This document shows, in pieces, positions 10,101 through 19,541 of a stretch of 64,000 nucleotides of DNA. How positions within the stretch are numbered: position 1 is the first letter of the stretch; the number at the start of each line of letters is the position of its first letter. The translations under genes were made by a program, and so were the position numbers. The stretch is from a virus. The stretch covers positions 1-64,000 of the IMG/VR virus record IMGVR_UViG_3300008114_000042; one strand, given 5' to 3'. The notes below the pieces were generated by a model, which saw only the letters and a list, made by a program, of their open reading frames with translations, searched no databases and was not told where the DNA came from.

Positions 10101-10732
10101 TAACACTCCCCATCAACAAGCAACTCGTCCAGTCCTACGATGTCATTATGTTTGAAGTGTGGGTGAACTGGGGAGGCACCGACCAGCAGACACTCTTCTC
10201 CCTTGATGCCCCATCGGGGATAATAGACTTTGGAGTCACCAAGGGAACACTCACCTTCCCCTCTATGGGAATGACCTTCTTCCAAGATGGGAATAAGGTG
10301 GGAGCCCCTGTGCTCGTCAAGGGTGAATGGACGATCATCGGGGTAGTCTTTAGGCATCCCATCAACTTCGGCAACTATCTTGGAGGCATCAACCTTCTCT
10401 CCGGGGCGGTATTCAACGGCATCTCCTTCCACCATCCCACAGGCGCTCAACTCTTCATCCAGAAGGACAAGCGCACTTGGGAAGAGGTTAAGGATGATAA
10501 TGATGCTGCTACTGTTGATAACTGGGCCAAGTGGCAGCCGATCACACTATCGGATATGCTCTACAAGACAACACACACCGAATACCCCATCGGTCCTGAT
10601 ATGTTTTACGATGTTTACACCGGAACCAACCGCACAATAGTCGATGATACGCACGGTATGTTGCTACAAGAGGACGCAGTAGTGCTGTTTTCTGACATCG
10701 AATGGTCAAGTTTCAGTCGTAAACCCCTTTAA
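7181..10732 (+). CDS. large virion structural/minor tail protein with ConA/LamG-like domains
   Basis: ~1180 aa, beta-rich, YTVEFWMKL motif; TGGTATAAT at 7166-7174, ATG 6 nt later. Confidence 0.65.
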   Translation: MTVQSNLYASRIFSEHPITCFPLDDVNNPVVKVTRIMNDNDFSSWTVGPGIVEGYNDPPDPAKCVNFTKTLVQQPLNIVSPVFIHNISAVSQLNVSFRIATDAVGAKISVGIETDAGPKVTPTSSTLPHKLDLDGEVAGELSIPQNTWVDVKGHAYGFASSEKEYKIWIRLSGTPHGVDLNYWVSDITVMNGTKDITTIITKEWNEAHYNFDPIFGGLTCKLLEAVPYAGADERGYYLIEDDELLAKNYGIPLVYGSDNSTKIYPSTQTYNISKAEYRSWSLVKNDGGPDNIWGDWKSPHTVHDLLYEYEQKVYFPLPSIVLPGHGVINQGGRYNTYTVEFWMKLTNNSLTSKKIWGPLRSSDGLYVKDGFITLMIGNKFASHPIGSWGRPMLIDMIFRRDQAVLVINGERVATVRFDSSKIDLAPVDEDWVGFFGDKDIQNFEIDCYSLFPYAVPDLVAKRRFVWGQGVESVAVDTNAYDSSLAFIDYPVAEYTTQKLYPDVERWDAGYSNNLVATRNSLSTPNYKLPSINIGGYTEDVFYWENLVKNGTDNRPDTYFTLHPDPAWTQPCHLLYNSLNVLNDPVKMIYGTFEGLRTPDKQTLFKFVNTASKHEIEFFLLEDKVKAEYRGDTTFTLREHTVDLSKPFGVGIHLGELFALYGSLATRFFGTPSLVQLYVGGDGVNTFEGKIYRVGFCNEASEASLPDFGEVVIESDVEAKWFMTATASYTLKAKQEFNTYFLDIAVSAYWEEYFPLSYFAKMGWTPEGQQVYDLDFIQYNRGFPTVATQDVDGNYDFSKSPIKTYLTFQRLTNKRIIRHLDEFPNHISLGKHRIVDTNEDRVLVVNGMTTRAMTNISQEAFEITDRTIIYPPKRLGIHNTAVVLHHKIEIDGILSSPFKMRSQALASKVLDDFDFPRIGTRYGYEISPYLRAGHYYDYRGKVPFCIYKGNTPYLYLTQDSGIEVVGTHDTIEKGITLPINKQLVQSYDVIMFEVWVNWGGTDQQTLFSLDAPSGIIDFGVTKGTLTFPSMGMTFFQDGNKVGAPVLVKGEWTIIGVVFRHPINFGNYLGGINLLSGAVFNGISFHHPTGAQLFIQKDKRTWEEVKDDNDAATVDNWAKWQPITLSDMLYKTTHTEYPIGPDMFYDVYTGTNRTIVDDTHGMLLQEDAVVLFSDIEWSSFSRKPL

Positions 10733-10775
10733 GTGGTCGCCTGTGGTATAATATTGGCACCACTAAAGGAGAAAT

Positions 10776-11177
10776 ATGTCTAAAACTCGCAGGCTCAAGG
10801 TCAACCACAAGGCAGTGAAGAATGCCCGGTGGTCTGTTGTTGATAAGGGCAAGGGGCAGGAGAAACTCGTAGGCTACCAGTATGGTTCCTACTTCTGGAT
10901 GCTCCTTGATGAGAAGAAGTTGCTTCGTGATGATGATGGAAACCCCCTCAACATCCCCGCACGCAAGGATGACTTACGCGCTATCTCTGAAATAACCAGC
11001 GCTGCTCGCTACTACGGATACCCCAACGGCAAGGCCGTGTTTGTAGCGGGGGTAGGACGAGTAAGCGAGGAAGAGTACAGCGAGCAGATAGACAGGTTCG
11101 GCAAGGGAGAACTGCTCCTGAATGACTTGGGATCGGTCTACGACGCACAACAGACAATAAAGCACTTGGGAGAGTAA
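10776..11177 (+). CDS. hypothetical protein upstream of portal
   Basis: AAGGAG RBS, TGGTATAAT upstream, 133 aa. Confidence 0.7.
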   Translation: MSKTRRLKVNHKAVKNARWSVVDKGKGQEKLVGYQYGSYFWMLLDEKKLLRDDDGNPLNIPARKDDLRAISEITSAARYYGYPNGKAVFVAGVGRVSEEEYSEQIDRFGKGELLLNDLGSVYDAQQTIKHLGE

Positions 11178-11178
11178 G

Positions 11179-12798
11179 ATGGAAGAGCAGATTATTAACC
11201 TACGGACAAGGGACATCGATGAGGATGACCTTGCCCCAGACCCATTCAAGGATGCTGACCCCTTTATGAAGGGGTGGAGTGACCTTAAGGTAATGACGGG
11301 AATCTCTCCTAACTTCAAGCGCAAGACTAGCCGGATAGAGAAGGCAATAGGCACCAAGGACGTACCCGCAGGGTACAGGGATAGTAGCGGAATGATCCCA
11401 CAGGGCCACGCCGATGCCGGTAGCAAGGCCATGAACCCCGGAGACACTATGCGCACCGCCTATGGCCTATTCGATGTAGTTACCCCTCCATACAACCTCT
11501 ACGAGTTGGCTAACTTCTACGATACGAACTTTGCCAACCATGCTGCTATTGACGCCAAGACAGCCAACGTCGTAGGACTTGGCTATGAATTCCATCCCAC
11601 CAGAGATGTGATGATTAAGATGGAGAGCGTAGACGACAAGGAGAAGACCAAGAAGGCCAAGCAGAAGATCGAACGCCATAAGGCAGAGATGATCGACTGG
11701 CTGGAAAACACCAACGATGAGGACAGTTTTACGGGGGTAATGGAGAAGATCAAGATAGACTTGGAAGCAACAGGAAACGCTTACATGGAGATAGGCCGTA
11801 CCGTTACAGGGGACATCGGCTACATCGGTCATATCCCCTCCACCACGATGCGGGTACGGAGACTGCGTGACGGCTACGTTCAAATCATTAGCAACCTAGT
11901 AGTCTACTTCCGCAATTTCCAAGCAACCAACCCCAACCCCATCACCAATGATCCTCGTCCCAACGAGATTATCCACTTCAAGTCCTACTCTCCCATCAAC
12001 ACTTTCTACGGGGTACCGGATATAATCTCTGCTATGTCTGCCCTGATAGGCGACACTATGGCTGAGCAGTACAACATCGACTACTTTGAAAACAAGGCAG
12101 TCCCCCGCTACGTCATCACCTTGAAGGGTGCGAAGTTCTCTGCCGATGCAGAGGATACGATGTTCCGCTTCTTCCAGACGAACCTACGGGGCCAGAACCA
12201 TCGCTCGCTCTTCCTTCCTCTTCCCTCCGATCAGGATGGGAACAAGGTAGAGTTCAACATGCAGGCGGTAGAGAACCAAGTTCAGGAAGCGTCCTTCGAC
12301 AAGTATCGGAAGACCAATAGGGATCAAATCCTCACCGCACACCAAGTTCCCCTATCCAAGTTGGGTGGGACAGACATTGGTGGCCTTGCTGCTGCCCTCG
12401 CACAGGACCGCACCTTCAAGGAGCAAGTAGCACGCCCAGCGCAGGGTAGACTGGAAAAGCAGATCGCCAGAGTCATCAGAGAGAAGAGCGACATCCTAGA
12501 GTTGAAGTTCAATGAGTTCACTCTCACAGACGAGACAGCACAGGCTGCCATTGATGACATTTACCTTAAGGATCAGGTCATCACTCCCAACGAAGTAAGA
12601 GAGTCTCTGGGCAAGGGTCCTCTCCCCGGTGGGGACAAGGTATTTGAGCAGGCACCCAAGCAGATTGCCTCTCAGAAGAATGATGAGAAGGGCACAGACG
12701 AGCGTTCAATTGCTCGTGCTACGAACGCAACAGACAGCACATCCACGCCTACTGGTCGTAATGCCAAGGGCGAAGGCCGTGCGGTGCAAGGAAAATAA
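11179..12798 (+). CDS. portal protein
   Basis: TGNAYMEI, EIIHFK..SP...FYGVP, YFENKAVP, ITPNEVRE motifs; start of head module. Confidence 0.9.
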   Translation: MEEQIINLRTRDIDEDDLAPDPFKDADPFMKGWSDLKVMTGISPNFKRKTSRIEKAIGTKDVPAGYRDSSGMIPQGHADAGSKAMNPGDTMRTAYGLFDVVTPPYNLYELANFYDTNFANHAAIDAKTANVVGLGYEFHPTRDVMIKMESVDDKEKTKKAKQKIERHKAEMIDWLENTNDEDSFTGVMEKIKIDLEATGNAYMEIGRTVTGDIGYIGHIPSTTMRVRRLRDGYVQIISNLVVYFRNFQATNPNPITNDPRPNEIIHFKSYSPINTFYGVPDIISAMSALIGDTMAEQYNIDYFENKAVPRYVITLKGAKFSADAEDTMFRFFQTNLRGQNHRSLFLPLPSDQDGNKVEFNMQAVENQVQEASFDKYRKTNRDQILTAHQVPLSKLGGTDIGGLAAALAQDRTFKEQVARPAQGRLEKQIARVIREKSDILELKFNEFTLTDETAQAAIDDIYLKDQVITPNEVRESLGKGPLPGGDKVFEQAPKQIASQKNDEKGTDERSIARATNATDSTSTPTGRNAKGEGRAVQGK

Positions 12799-12844
12799 CA
12801 GTTGTATTACGTTCGTGAAAACGGATGGTATAATAGGAGGCAGC

Positions 12845-14068
12845 ATGGACATTAATAAGGCACACTTCAATGTTACAGGCGACGACGTTCGCATCTCTAT
12901 GCCTATTGAGAAGGTAGACAGAGAGCGTAGAGTTGTCTCTGGATGGGCTACTGTCGCATCACCAGATGAGCAGGATGATGTCATCGACGGCAAGGCTTCT
13001 CTCAGGGCATTCTCAAACTGGCGGGGTAACATCAGAGAGCAGCACTCAAACCTCGCAGTAGGAAAGGCACTCTCCTTCAAGGAGGATGTCTACTACGACA
13101 CCAACACCAAGCAGTTCTATGACGGCATCTATGTCTCTGCCTACATCAGCAAGGGCGCACAGGACACTTGGGAGAAGGTCCTTGATGGAACACTCACAGG
13201 GTTCTCCATCGGTGGTTCAGCAAAGAAGACCGAGACCGTCTTTGATGAGAGACTCAATAAGCCTGTGCGAATCATCAAGGAATACGACCTACATGAACTA
13301 TCCCTTGTGGATAACCCAGCAAACCAGTTTGCAAACATCCTCTCTATTCAGAAGGGGGTAGCGACAGGAATGCTCGCTACCGCTCTCATAGAGAATGTCT
13401 TCTGGTGCGCTGATGACGATGTAGTCCAACTTTCCACTTCACACACCTCCGAGTGTCCTCGTTGTGACAAGGAGATGAGCACTATCGGTTTCGTAGAGAC
13501 AAACGATGCCGACAGGGCCGAGGTAGTCAAGGGGATGCTAACAAAGGTAAAGGAGGTAAACAGTATGGAAACAGATACAGTAGAATCCGAGGTCGTTGCA
13601 GACCTTGAGAAGTCAGTTGAGGTTGAGGCCAAGATCGAAGCAGAAACCCCAGAGGACGTAGTTGCCGAAGCGGTTGCCGAGGCTGTAGAAGGTGATGTGG
13701 AGGTTGAGGACCCCGCAGACCCAGAAACACCAGAAGAGCCAGAGGCCGATCCTGCTGCCGAAGTAACGGCGGTAGTCAAGTCTCTCCAATCACAACTTAC
13801 TCAGGTCATTACTGCTCTTGCTGACACCGTAAGCACACTGAACGCTAAGGTAGACAGCCTACAGAAGGATATCTCCGGTGTTCAGGCCGAGGTGGAATCA
13901 GTCAAGGGTGGAATTAATGAGTTTGGAATGCGTGTCCAGTCAGTAGAAAAGGACACAGCATTCCGCAAGTCTGGCGACATCGGAGATGTCGTGCAGTTCG
14001 AACCTGTAAAGGTTCAGAAATCACTATGGAACGGCGTATTCCTCACAAAGTCCGACCTATTCCAATAG
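12845..14068 (+). CDS. HK97-family prohead protease fused to a scaffold domain
   Basis: IREQH, GFSIGG, ELSLVDNPAN; acidic/coiled-coil C-terminal half; AGGAGG RBS. Confidence 0.88.
   Translation: MDINKAHFNVTGDDVRISMPIEKVDRERRVVSGWATVASPDEQDDVIDGKASLRAFSNWRGNIREQHSNLAVGKALSFKEDVYYDTNTKQFYDGIYVSAYISKGAQDTWEKVLDGTLTGFSIGGSAKKTETVFDERLNKPVRIIKEYDLHELSLVDNPANQFANILSIQKGVATGMLATALIENVFWCADDDVVQLSTSHTSECPRCDKEMSTIGFVETNDADRAEVVKGMLTKVKEVNSMETDTVESEVVADLEKSVEVEAKIEAETPEDVVAEAVAEAVEGDVEVEDPADPETPEEPEADPAAEVTAVVKSLQSQLTQVITALADTVSTLNAKVDSLQKDISGVQAEVESVKGGINEFGMRVQSVEKDTAFRKSGDIGDVVQFEPVKVQKSLWNGVFLTKSDLFQ
13565..14068 (+). CDS. putative nested scaffolding protein from an internal in-frame start
   Basis: AAGGAGGT 7 nt before in-frame ATG 13565 (METDTVESEVV...). 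Confidence 0.55.
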   Translation: METDTVESEVVADLEKSVEVEAKIEAETPEDVVAEAVAEAVEGDVEVEDPADPETPEEPEADPAAEVTAVVKSLQSQLTQVITALADTVSTLNAKVDSLQKDISGVQAEVESVKGGINEFGMRVQSVEKDTAFRKSGDIGDVVQFEPVKVQKSLWNGVFLTKSDLFQ

Positions 14069-14097
14069 AAACAAAAATTAACAGGAGGTGACATAAA

Positions 14098-15399
14098 ATG
14101 TCAGAAAACACAAAGATTGAAAAGGCAGGAGCAGAGCGTACCCAGATGGGGACAGAGCCTGCTGGTCCTGATGCTAGCCCCGAGCAGGGGCATTCGCTAG
14201 ACGGAATTTCTACAGACGCTACCTTCGCAGGTAGAGCAGTAGAAGACGGATACGGCGTACATGCCTCAGGCGTATTCGCTGCTGGTGGTGTAGGCAACCT
14301 TGACGACGGCGCAGCCGTGGCAGGCCCAAACGCCAATCAGCCACAGACTTGGGGATTCCTAGGTCAAGCCTCTAACCAGTTTGATGGGAACTATCCCGGT
14401 GGGAAGAACTCTTCAAACCCTAGCGGTGATGTCGGTGGACGCTTGCGCTACGATCAGGCACAGCGCTTCATCGATTATGTCTGGAACGCAACCGTTCTGG
14501 CGAACGATGGTCGCAAGGTCACGATGCGTGCGAACACAATGGAGATTGAGAAGGTCAACGTTGGCGAGCGCGTCATCCGTGCGGCAAACCAAGCAGACGA
14601 CACTTACGTCAATGCTGGGGCACGATTCACGAAGGTAGAACTAGTAACCACAAAGATTCGTCTTGACTGGGAACTCTCTACTGAGTCACTTGAGGACAAC
14701 ATCGAAGGTGCAGCATTTGAGGACCATCTGGTTCGCCTGATGACTAACGCATTCGGTAATGACCTTGAGGACCTCGCTATCAATGGCGACAAGGGCTCCA
14801 ATGATGCTTTCACAAGCATCATGGACGGCTTCGTCAAGATTGTCCAGCAGTCCATCGGTGCAGGCGCAGGCGGTGGCACACACGAGGCCAAGAACCCAGC
14901 AGGAACCGGCACACCCGCTCCCGGTACGACTGGTCCAGCCATTACCCAGTGGAAGCCAGAGGTCCTACAGGGTCTCATCCTAGCGCTCCCACGCAAGTAC
15001 CGTGCGATCCGCACAGGCATGAAGTTCTACTGTGGAACAGACACCTTTGCAAACATCGTTGCTAACAACGGAACTGGCCCTCTATCCTACGACAACAACG
15101 TAGCAACAGAGGCTTACCGGAACAACTGGCTAAGTGGAACAGACCAGACCTTTGGGCCTGCTCGCACAACCCGCGTTCTTGGTATTCCAGTCCTAGAGGT
15201 TCCCTTCTTCAAGGAGGACTACGTTGAGTTGTCTTTCCCAGACAACCGCGTATGGGGCCTACAGCGCGACATCACGGTAAACCGTGAGTACCGCGCCAAG
15301 AAGGACACCATTGAGTACACTGTCTACATCCGGTTCGGTATCAACATGGAAGAACTGGACGCAGTTGCTTGGATGGACGCAGCAACAGACGCTCCGTAA
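14098..15399 (+). CDS. major capsid protein
   Basis: AGGAGGT RBS; AQRFIDY, LEDNIEG, DLEDLAINGD, RDITVNREY motifs; follows the protease. Confidence 0.9.
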   Translation: MSENTKIEKAGAERTQMGTEPAGPDASPEQGHSLDGISTDATFAGRAVEDGYGVHASGVFAAGGVGNLDDGAAVAGPNANQPQTWGFLGQASNQFDGNYPGGKNSSNPSGDVGGRLRYDQAQRFIDYVWNATVLANDGRKVTMRANTMEIEKVNVGERVIRAANQADDTYVNAGARFTKVELVTTKIRLDWELSTESLEDNIEGAAFEDHLVRLMTNAFGNDLEDLAINGDKGSNDAFTSIMDGFVKIVQQSIGAGAGGGTHEAKNPAGTGTPAPGTTGPAITQWKPEVLQGLILALPRKYRAIRTGMKFYCGTDTFANIVANNGTGPLSYDNNVATEAYRNNWLSGTDQTFGPARTTRVLGIPVLEVPFFKEDYVELSFPDNRVWGLQRDITVNREYRAKKDTIEYTVYIRFGINMEELDAVAWMDAATDAP

Positions 15400-15412
15400 A
15401 ACTAGCGTACCG

Positions 15413-15454
15413 CGTGCGGGGAGGTGCCTTCGGGTGCCTCCCCAAACGCTTTTC
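15413..15454 (+). terminator. intrinsic terminator after the capsid gene, followed by TGGTATAAT
   Basis: GGGGAGGTGCC-TTCG-GGTGCCTCCCC stem and T-run. Confidence 0.75.
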
Positions 15455-15488
15455 TGGTATAATAGACCTAACACCTACAGGAGGATAA

Positions 15489-15914
15489 ATGTCTAAGCCA
15501 ACCAAGTCAAGCAACATGAAGGCCATACGAGCCTATGCTGACGAGAAGGAAATCGTTCTACCCTTTGGAGTAACCAAGGCCGACGCTCTCAAACTCATCG
15601 ATGAACTTGATAGTGACCTTATGAGTGAAGGAGAAATCACTGCTCCCACTACAGAGGTAGAGCAGACAGCGCTAGAGCGCAACAACGTCATCGGTCCACC
15701 CAAGGTAGAGAAGGCTACCAAGTCTGACTATACTCCCCCTGTAAGGGAAAAGGAAGTCATCTGGTCTGATCGCAGTCTCTACCTCATCGGCATCGGCGGG
15801 GTAAACAAGGGATACAACCTTCTCTGGGCATCACAGGTAGAGCCCTTCCTATTGGAGCGGGGCATCCGTCGATGCACAGACGAGGAACTCAAGGAGTATT
15901 ACGGGAGGAAGTAA
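15489..15914 (+). CDS. hypothetical protein in the head module
   Basis: AGGAGG RBS, 141 aa. Confidence 0.65.
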   Translation: MSKPTKSSNMKAIRAYADEKEIVLPFGVTKADALKLIDELDSDLMSEGEITAPTTEVEQTALERNNVIGPPKVEKATKSDYTPPVREKEVIWSDRSLYLIGIGGVNKGYNLLWASQVEPFLLERGIRRCTDEELKEYYGRK

Positions 15915-16900
15915 TGGAGCACAGCATACTGAGGCAACTAGGCAGCACCATCAAAGTTGAGGCAGAGATGTCCAACGGGCATGAGGTGTGGATCGAAACC
16001 CCAGTATATGTGAAACTCTTCAACGCTCACGGAATACACTATGAATTCATAGCCGAACTCAATGGCAATAGTGTCGTGTGGCCCTATGCCTACACGACTA
16101 CCAATTGTGAACTTGAGTTTGAGATTCCTGCCTACGTTGCCGATGGTGACTATGAGATGGTGCTGACTACCTATGGCAAAGGACCTAATGACAAGGACGG
16201 GTGGCAGGTAGAGACACTCTCAGTAAATACACCCTACTACCTACCCGCCAACCCCACAGAAGAGGACAAACTCTATGCTCGTCTGGTAGTGTCGATTATC
16301 AACGCTGCTACTGGTGGGCAGTTCGGTGTATCCTACCGTAAGATTGAGGGAGAGGGATTGGGAACAGACTACTTCCCTGTGCCTATGGGGACTACCGGGG
16401 TTTTCAAGGTGTGGGAGAACAACGTGATGGTGTTCGAAACCCCCAGCGCCCTGCGGTGGCCCGTGTGGTATGGGCTGTCCTATGACGGTACTGCTGTTAC
16501 CGCAGGGTGGAACGGTGCGTGGAACAGGCTCGCAGGCGTCCATGCTGCCTCTCATTATGACGGGCACATCGACACAGACACCTATGGATGGTTCGGAGGA
16601 CAGGAGTTCATCGGGCACACCAGAAGAGGGCTCTTCCCCAAGGACAGCACATTCGCTTTCCTTCTACAGATGAATGGTGGCGCTGTTCCACAGGACATCA
16701 AGGATGCTGCTTACCTGCTATTCAACGATATGAAGTGTGGCAAGATGGACCAACTCAACAGATACATCAGCGAGTATTCCACCGATCAGTTCAAACTTCG
16801 TTTTGCCTCTGGTGCCCACGCCGGTACAGGAAACAAGATAGTAGATGACATCCTTGGAAAATACAACACTACCGTCCTTGGTAGGATCGGCGTCCTCTAA
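15914..16900 (+). CDS. head-to-tail adaptor
   Basis: VPQDIKDAA..L, TGNKIVDDIL..Y motifs; synteny; TAATG coupling. Confidence 0.7.
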   Translation: MEHSILRQLGSTIKVEAEMSNGHEVWIETPVYVKLFNAHGIHYEFIAELNGNSVVWPYAYTTTNCELEFEIPAYVADGDYEMVLTTYGKGPNDKDGWQVETLSVNTPYYLPANPTEEDKLYARLVVSIINAATGGQFGVSYRKIEGEGLGTDYFPVPMGTTGVFKVWENNVMVFETPSALRWPVWYGLSYDGTAVTAGWNGAWNRLAGVHAASHYDGHIDTDTYGWFGGQEFIGHTRRGLFPKDSTFAFLLQMNGGAVPQDIKDAAYLLFNDMKCGKMDQLNRYISEYSTDQFKLRFASGAHAGTGNKIVDDILGKYNTTVLGRIGVL

Positions 16901-17376
16901 TGGGCATCCTTGACTGTGGATTTCTCTATTCGATGCAGTTGACTATTGCCTACTCTACCCTGCGGCAGACAGAGTTGGGGAAGATAGAACACAACTGGGA
17001 GACAAACCAGCAGACGCTCCGGGGCTACGCCAACGTAATGGGCACAGTCGATCTAAAGCCCCTACGAGCCGAGCGAGAGTATCTCTACAAGAAGCAACTG
17101 AATGCTCGCACCAAGGTTGATCCTCGCATAGACGCACAGGGTAACTACCATCCCATCACAGAGATGCTGGTGCTGGACATCACCGCAGATGGAAAGTCAT
17201 TATGGACACACGATCAGGCAGAACTGGCAGGTAGGCCACTACTCCACGATGTGCTGAGTGTTGAGCCATTCGTCAACCCGTGGAACGAAATAGAATACTA
17301 CAAACTGCTGCTTACCCGGTCAGAGAACCAGCACCTTGAGGATGAGCCGTATGGTTACGCTCAAGTTCGACCTTAA
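16900..17376 (+). CDS. head closure/stopper protein (putative)
   Basis: Synteny, size, TAATG coupling. Confidence 0.55.
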   Translation: MGILDCGFLYSMQLTIAYSTLRQTELGKIEHNWETNQQTLRGYANVMGTVDLKPLRAEREYLYKKQLNARTKVDPRIDAQGNYHPITEMLVLDITADGKSLWTHDQAELAGRPLLHDVLSVEPFVNPWNEIEYYKLLLTRSENQHLEDEPYGYAQVRP

Positions 17377-18010
17377 TGCTTTCAACAAGCAGGTAAAGGA
17401 CTTCACCGACTATGCCGAAGGGTTTATGACGGGCATAGAACAAAATAGAATGGCCTTCAACCAAGAACTTGGTGCCCTTATCGCAGACATCTTCTATCGC
17501 TATGTTGACCTCGCTGCGCAGACAGACCCAGCATCACTCCACCACGTCTATGAATGGAACAGAGTAGGCGATCCAAGTGCTCGCCTCTTCACCATCACTC
17601 CCGTCGCCTCTCCATTCAGCATCAGATTTACTGGTAGTTTTCTACCCTCAGCCTCAACATCGGATACATCGGATACCCCGTTCGTAGACAAGGCAAATGT
17701 GATGGAGAATAGTATCGACGTGACTATCTCCCCCAACGATGGTGGCGTGCTGGCATTCGAAGGGGACGATGGAGAGATGGTCTTCACTACTGAGGATATC
17801 TACATAGCAAATCCCGGTGGAGATGCCGTCGCAGGCAGTTTCGGTAGGGTAGTGGAAGAGTTCTTTGGCTCCTACCTATCGCAGGGTGTCCTACGTCGCA
17901 TCTTTGCAGACTTGGAGACTATGGATGAGTTCCGGGGTAAGGGTGGACGAGGTGCTGGTATAATGGACGGTAGAAGATATTACAGCATCAAGGGGAGCGT
18001 TACACTATGA
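17342..18010 (+). CDS. neck/tail completion protein (putative)
   Basis: LHHVYEW..VG...ARLF motif; synteny. Confidence 0.55.
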   Translation: MSRMVTLKFDLNAFNKQVKDFTDYAEGFMTGIEQNRMAFNQELGALIADIFYRYVDLAAQTDPASLHHVYEWNRVGDPSARLFTITPVASPFSIRFTGSFLPSASTSDTSDTPFVDKANVMENSIDVTISPNDGGVLAFEGDDGEMVFTTEDIYIANPGGDAVAGSFGRVVEEFFGSYLSQGVLRRIFADLETMDEFRGKGGRGAGIMDGRRYYSIKGSVTL

Positions 18011-18555
18011 GGAATCCAACTCTACTGTCTGAACTGGACGTAGCAGCAGTCTACATCAACAACTACCTATGGGGAGTCATCAAAAAGATAGACCCTGACT
18101 TTGTATCCAGTTACAACGGCATAGTACCTTTCTTCCCGCTTAGTGAGTCTGCGAGTGGCGATGCTCCGTGGAATGACAAACCATCGATAGTGTACGACCG
18201 CCTTTTCACAGTATCGAAAAGCCCTTTCTACCCTATTAAAACTGAGCAGATACACTATGCGGTCAAGGCTACGGAGAACCAGAGTCTCTACCTTGGGAGC
18301 GCCATTCAACTTATCCTTGATAGACAGGATGATGCTGCGAAGGACATAAACGAGTTTATGAGCATTGCCTACCCGGAAAGTGCTATTAGGTTTCATCACC
18401 TACGAGTATACCAGCCTGCGTCTGCTGTGTCCAAGGCCGGTGGTGGAGTGAGGGATTTCACCACCCGCCAGTACCAAGTGTCCAAGTTCTTCGTGGATGC
18501 GGAGTACCACACCTGTGCGTATGACGATCCCAAGTTGTTCTCCCTCGTGCGCTAA
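18007..18555 (+). CDS. tail terminator (putative)
   Basis: Directly upstream of major tail gene; ATGA overlap. Confidence 0.5.
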   Translation: MRNPTLLSELDVAAVYINNYLWGVIKKIDPDFVSSYNGIVPFFPLSESASGDAPWNDKPSIVYDRLFTVSKSPFYPIKTEQIHYAVKATENQSLYLGSAIQLILDRQDDAAKDINEFMSIAYPESAIRFHHLRVYQPASAVSKAGGGVRDFTTRQYQVSKFFVDAEYHTCAYDDPKLFSLVR

Positions 18556-18653
18556 ACGCCGGGGAGAGGCAAAACGGATGGTATAATAGACCTTGTGAGG
18601 AAGACCCCCTACCATAGTTAAATAAAAACTATGAAAGTAGAGGTGAAATAATA

Positions 18654-19487
18654 ATGGCATATTCAAGAGGCGACTCTAAGAACATCATCATCGGTGCGGC
18701 TGCGATCTTTACTACAAAGAAGCAGATCGATCCCGAGAAGGAAGCACTGACAACCCCAGATGCCTCGTACCTTCCACAGGTACCAGACTTTGAGGACCAA
18801 GTACCATATGTAGAGACCCTTTCTGCTAACCCCGCAACTCCTAACGCTGGATATACTTCCAACGGTCTGGAAATGACATTCACACCAAACTTCGGTGAGG
18901 TGTCTGTCGATCAGTTGCTTGACTCCGCTAAGTTGTTCAAGCAGGGTATGCAGGTAGAACTCAAGACAGGTATGGCTGAGTCCACGCTAGAGAACCTACT
19001 CTTTGCTATCGCAGGAGCATCTGGCGACCTAGTGGCTGGAACTCTATCTAACCCAACTGATAAGTCTATCAAGACTCCTGCGGTTATCTCTCCCGGTAAT
19101 CAGCCAATGGCAGAGCATAGCGCATCCAACAAGTTCCTAGAACTATCATCTGGTAAGTTGGGTGAGTGCCCCGTAGAGCGTGGCATTATTGCTGTTGGTC
19201 CCGGCCCCGGCGAGTGTGGCGTTGGTGAGGTTGTAGAGCGTATCTACATCGCTTACCGTGCTCTCTCAATGAGCGCTGTAACGGTCAACATCAAGCGTGA
19301 CGCTGCATCGGTATTCGATGTAACGTTCCGTCTGCTCCCAGCGAACAATGGCTCATACGGTCGTATCATCGACCGTGTGGTTGCTAAGAGTTCTGCTGAG
19401 TCAGCAACCGCAGTAGGCGCTCTAAAGCCTAATGCTGCTAACGCGGCAATGGGTGGAACCGAAAAGGACACCGTAACTCGCGCATAA
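18654..19487 (+). CDS. major tail (tube) protein
   Basis: NIIIGAA, GYTSNGLE, VDQLLD.AKLFK, ESTLENL; own promoter upstream and hairpin downstream. Confidence 0.85.
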   Translation: MAYSRGDSKNIIIGAAAIFTTKKQIDPEKEALTTPDASYLPQVPDFEDQVPYVETLSANPATPNAGYTSNGLEMTFTPNFGEVSVDQLLDSAKLFKQGMQVELKTGMAESTLENLLFAIAGASGDLVAGTLSNPTDKSIKTPAVISPGNQPMAEHSASNKFLELSSGKLGECPVERGIIAVGPGPGECGVGEVVERIYIAYRALSMSAVTVNIKRDAASVFDVTFRLLPANNGSYGRIIDRVVAKSSAESATAVGALKPNAANAAMGGTEKDTVTRA

Positions 19488-19504
19488 CAACTAAATAGCC
19501 ACTA

Positions 19505-19541
19505 CCCCCGAACCCCAGAACAACTGGGGGGAGGGGGTTTT
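19505..19541 (+). terminator. terminator-like hairpin followed by TGGTATAAT
   Basis: CCCCC..CCCCAG / CTGGGG..GGGGG then TTTT. Confidence 0.6.
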
